Origin: an uncultured Eubacteriales bacterium
GTDB taxonomy: Bacteria; Bacillota; Clostridia; Christensenellales; UBA1242
Direction of reading: 5' to 3'
Length of the DNA stretch: 64,000 nt
Assembly (NCBI GenBank): GCA_949001935.1
Contig: CARJLX010000001.1
Coordinates: forward strand, 67,231-131,230
The notes beneath the pieces were generated by a model. The model had not been told where the DNA came from, did no database searches, and saw only the letters and a program-made list of their open reading frames with translations. Positions 61,125 through 64,000 of this stretch are shown here, in pieces. Position 1 is the first letter of the stretch. Each line of letters starts with the position of its first letter. The translations under genes and the position numbers were made by a program.

Positions 61125-64000
61125 ATGACAAAATCATCTAAAAACAAAACTGGAAAAATCTTTAAAGGAGCTGTTTTAGGCGTAGCATGCGTTCTTTCTT
61201 TATCTGCTTTCCCTTTTGCTTCTCTTCAAAGTGCAACAAGTGCTGAAGGGGTTGAAGCTTCTACTACTGCTAAATCTATCGCAGTTTCTGGTGCAGAAAA
61301 GACTGTTAAAAAAGGTGGGCAATATAATATTAAGTCTGCTGATTATTATGTTGGAACTACTAAAAAGACAACCATTTCTTTAGATAAAAACTTAGGAGAA
61401 GAAGGTTCTCTTAAAACAGATATTTCAGTTAAATATAAAAATTCTAATATAGAAGAAGTTATTGAGGCTGGTAGCGGTTCAATTGCTGGTGTTTTCACTC
61501 CTACTATGGTTGGAACATATACTATCACTTATACAGTTGAAGACTCTGGAAGTAAATTCTCTTATGACTACGATATTACCTGCGAAGTTAGTGAGGCTTC
61601 TTTTGAGTTTGAAACAAATGCTAAAGAAGTTATTCCTTCTGTTTATGACCTTTCTATGATGACAACTCCAAAGAACATCAATCTTCCACAACCAAAAATC
61701 CTTGATGAAAAGGGTGAGGAAGTTAAAGATGTTGTATACCTTACTTCTAAACCAACAGATGGGACTACAACTGATTATGTTTTAATCAGTGTTAATGGTG
61801 GTGTTAATGAAGGAGCTAAAAATGCGCTTAAACAAGATGCTGATACAAAAGCCTTCTATCTTGATGGAAGTGTTTTAAAAGAAAGCGGAATTGGAACTTA
61901 TACAATCACTTATGCTTACTATCAAAACAATCAATTTGTTGTTAGCACAACTAAATCTTTTGATATTAAAGAAAATTACTACAAAATGACAGATAAAGAA
62001 GGTGCTGAGGCTGGCTATGAACTTGTTGCTTCTTTTGCCACAACTAGACCAGATAAGGCTTCTACTGGTGTTGCTATCACTCTCCCTACAGTTAGAGGTA
62101 CAACTTCTTCTAAAAATACTCCTTCAACTGAAAGCGTAAATGTTAGTTATTCAGTTCAAGTTATGAGAAAAGATAACAGTGGTGCATATACTGAAGATGT
62201 TTCAAATTGTGTTGATACTGTTAAAAATACTTTCACTGCTCCAAAAGATGGTGATTACAGATTTGTTTACACTGTGACCGATTTCTATGGTGGAGATAAG
62301 CACTCAGTTAGCAACGAAACAATGACATTCTATATTAGAGATGTTAAGGATGATGTTGCTCCAACTGTTGCAATTTATGATGCTAGCGAAGAGCAAGAAG
62401 TTAAAGATGGCAAGATTGAATACAAGAGTGCTAGAAACGCTTTCAAGAGCGAAACTGTTAATAGAAACATTGTTATTTATGCAATCGGTGCAAATGATAA
62501 TGCAAGCACTTTAGATGAAATGACTTTAACTCGCCGTATTCAAGATAACGGTGGAAATACTAGATTCTCAATTCAAGAGTATAATGATTATAACCTTATC
62601 TTCAATTTCTCTGCTATTAGAGATGAAGCTAAATCACCATATATTCAATTTGTTGAAGACAACTTTGCTGTTGCAAGCAAGATGACAGATGTTGACACAA
62701 GTGATGCTAATGCAATTGCTAAATATCTTAAAGACAACAAATTTTTGATTGTTACACACAATTTAAACAAGAATCCAGAAACAAATGAAGATTTAACTGG
62801 AAGTGATGAAGAAAAGAAAACTAAATTACTTGAACTTGGTTATGCTTATATTGAAAATGCTTCAAATTACTCATTCTCAACTCAAACTTATTCAGTTTAT
62901 TATACAGCTAAAGATAAGGCTGGAAATACTGTTGAAAACGATTATATTTCTATGCATGTGACAACTGATACTCAAGTTAGCGATACAAAAGCTCCAACTG
63001 TCACATTCTCAACTTCACTTCAAAACACTTATCTTCCAGATGACTCTTTTAAATTTACTGCTCCAAAATTTAATGATGATCTTGATAGAAATATTGAAAG
63101 TGTAGTTGCTTATAGATATTTACAATCTGATAAAGAAACTGAAATTGTTGTTGCAGATAAATCTAAGCCATTAACTTTTAAAACTAATTCAAATTCTTTG
63201 GTTAAAGACAAATGGTATGGAGTTGAAGGAACTCACAATACTCAAGCATTTATTCAACCTGAATTAGATAGCAATGGTGAATATAAAGTTGATTTAAGCG
63301 AAAAACCTAATGGTGCAGGGTATGTTGAAATCCTTGTTTATGGTGTTGACGACTATGGCAATATTGGTTTCTGGAATAAGGTTATCACTATTGCACAAGC
63401 AAATGACAAACAAACTCCAACTCTTAAATCTGTGACTGGTGGAGATGCTTTGACTGGTACACAGGGCAAGAAAGTTACTCTTCCAACTCTTGTTTATACT
63501 GATGACCTAGTAGATTATATGACTCAATCTGTTGAAGTTTACTATGTTTCTACCGTTGATGGTGAAACAACTTATAGATCAATGCCAAGTGAAAATGCAA
63601 GTACATCAACAGATACTCGTCGTAAAAGATTTGTTTTAAATGCAGGAACTTTCACTGCTTCTTATGCAGGAAATTATCGTGTTGTTATCACAGTTAAAGA
63701 TGCAGGTAACAATAGTATCGCAACTTTCTTTGATGTAGAGGTTGATGGTTCTACTATCACAGAGGATCCAGTTGTAGACAACTTGACAAGTGAAACAATC
63801 GAGCTTGATGTTGATGAAACATATGCTCTTCCATCACCAACAATTAAGGTTGTTGAAAACGAAAGCAGCAAGATTAGATATGTAGGCTATGAGAAAGGTG
63901 ATGATGCAAAAACTGCAACATATTACACAGTTTCTGCAATAAGTGCTGAAACAAACTACTACGACTTAACTAAATATCACTTTACAGGTCATGCATCGGG
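61125..64000 (+). CDS. Very large secreted or surface protein with repeated Ig-like (HYR/DUF5011-like) modules; 3' end outside the window
   Basis: Hand translation shows an open frame from ATG 61125 to the window end (more than 958 codons). It has a signal peptide ...GVACVLSLSAFPFASLQSATSAEG and recurrent blocks such as GTYTITYTVEDSG, YRFVYTVTDFYGG, YSVYYTAKDKAGN and YRVVITVKDAGNN. It is absent from the ORF track because no stop falls inside the window. Confidence 0.8.
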   Translation, partial: MTKSSKNKTGKIFKGAVLGVACVLSLSAFPFASLQSATSAEGVEASTTAKSIAVSGAEKTVKKGGQYNIKSADYYVGTTKKTTISLDKNLGEEGSLKTDISVKYKNSNIEEVIEAGSGSIAGVFTPTMVGTYTITYTVEDSGSKFSYDYDITCEVSEASFEFETNAKEVIPSVYDLSMMTTPKNINLPQPKILDEKGEEVKDVVYLTSKPTDGTTTDYVLISVNGGVNEGAKNALKQDADTKAFYLDGSVLKESGIGTYTITYAYYQNNQFVVSTTKSFDIKENYYKMTDKEGAEAGYELVASFATTRPDKASTGVAITLPTVRGTTSSKNTPSTESVNVSYSVQVMRKDNSGAYTEDVSNCVDTVKNTFTAPKDGDYRFVYTVTDFYGGDKHSVSNETMTFYIRDVKDDVAPTVAIYDASEEQEVKDGKIEYKSARNAFKSETVNRNIVIYAIGANDNASTLDEMTLTRRIQDNGGNTRFSIQEYNDYNLIFNFSAIRDEAKSPYIQFVEDNFAVASKMTDVDTSDANAIAKYLKDNKFLIVTHNLNKNPETNEDLTGSDEEKKTKLLELGYAYIENASNYSFSTQTYSVYYTAKDKAGNTVENDYISMHVTTDTQVSDTKAPTVTFSTSLQNTYLPDDSFKFTAPKFNDDLDRNIESVVAYRYLQSDKETEIVVADKSKPLTFKTNSNSLVKDKWYGVEGTHNTQAFIQPELDSNGEYKVDLSEKPNGAGYVEILVYGVDDYGNIGFWNKVITIAQANDKQTPTLKSVTGGDALTGTQGKKVTLPTLVYTDDLVDYMTQSVEVYYVSTVDGETTYRSMPSENASTSTDTRRKRFVLNAGTFTASYAGNYRVVITVKDAGNNSIATFFDVEVDGSTITEDPVVDNLTSETIELDVDETYALPSPTIKVVENESSKIRYVGYEKGDDAKTATYYTVSAISAETNYYDLTKYHFTGHAS

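Overview
AT-rich bacterial chromosomal segment that uses the standard genetic code. It shows Bacillota (Firmicutes)-type hallmarks: a long Bacillus-type SRP RNA with an Alu domain, a T-box leader ahead of a type-2 ileS, and the syntenies hslVU, comEC-holA, pcrA-ligA, sepF-lspA-rluD and rpsL-rpsG-fusA-tuf. Other housekeeping genes include two cysteine-desulfurase loci, trxA, ung, thyA and pepF. Accessory or unusual elements sit between these blocks. (1) A 547-aa protein with an embedded MazF/PemK domain lies next to a HEPN(Rx4H)-CBS protein. (2) A barnase-like toxin with a MuF-type HPxCxC remnant is paired with a barstar-like gene. (3) A 7.5-kb podovirus-like head/adaptor/nozzle module has two holins but no recognisable TerL, fibre, lysin or integrase. 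(4) Three tandem 72-aa XRE paralogs lie beside the SRP RNA gene. (5) There are two long G/C homopolymers: a C9 run exactly in the -35/-10 spacer of an acyltransferase promoter, and a G8 run that frameshifts a serine-hydrolase gene. (6) A structured repeat of about 175-190 nt is inserted after rpsG, fusA and tuf. (7) A dispersed hairpin repeat of about 30 nt has six copies, two of which form a MITE-like pair between pcrA and ligA. (8) One gene is decayed by three in-frame stops. (9) There are two small Cys-rich proteins and several large lipoprotein or surface proteins. I recognised no rRNA, tRNA, CRISPR array, integrase or transposase. All family calls come from motif and pattern recognition on the translated ORFs, not from database searches, and coordinates of RNA elements and repeats are approximate to a few nucleotides.
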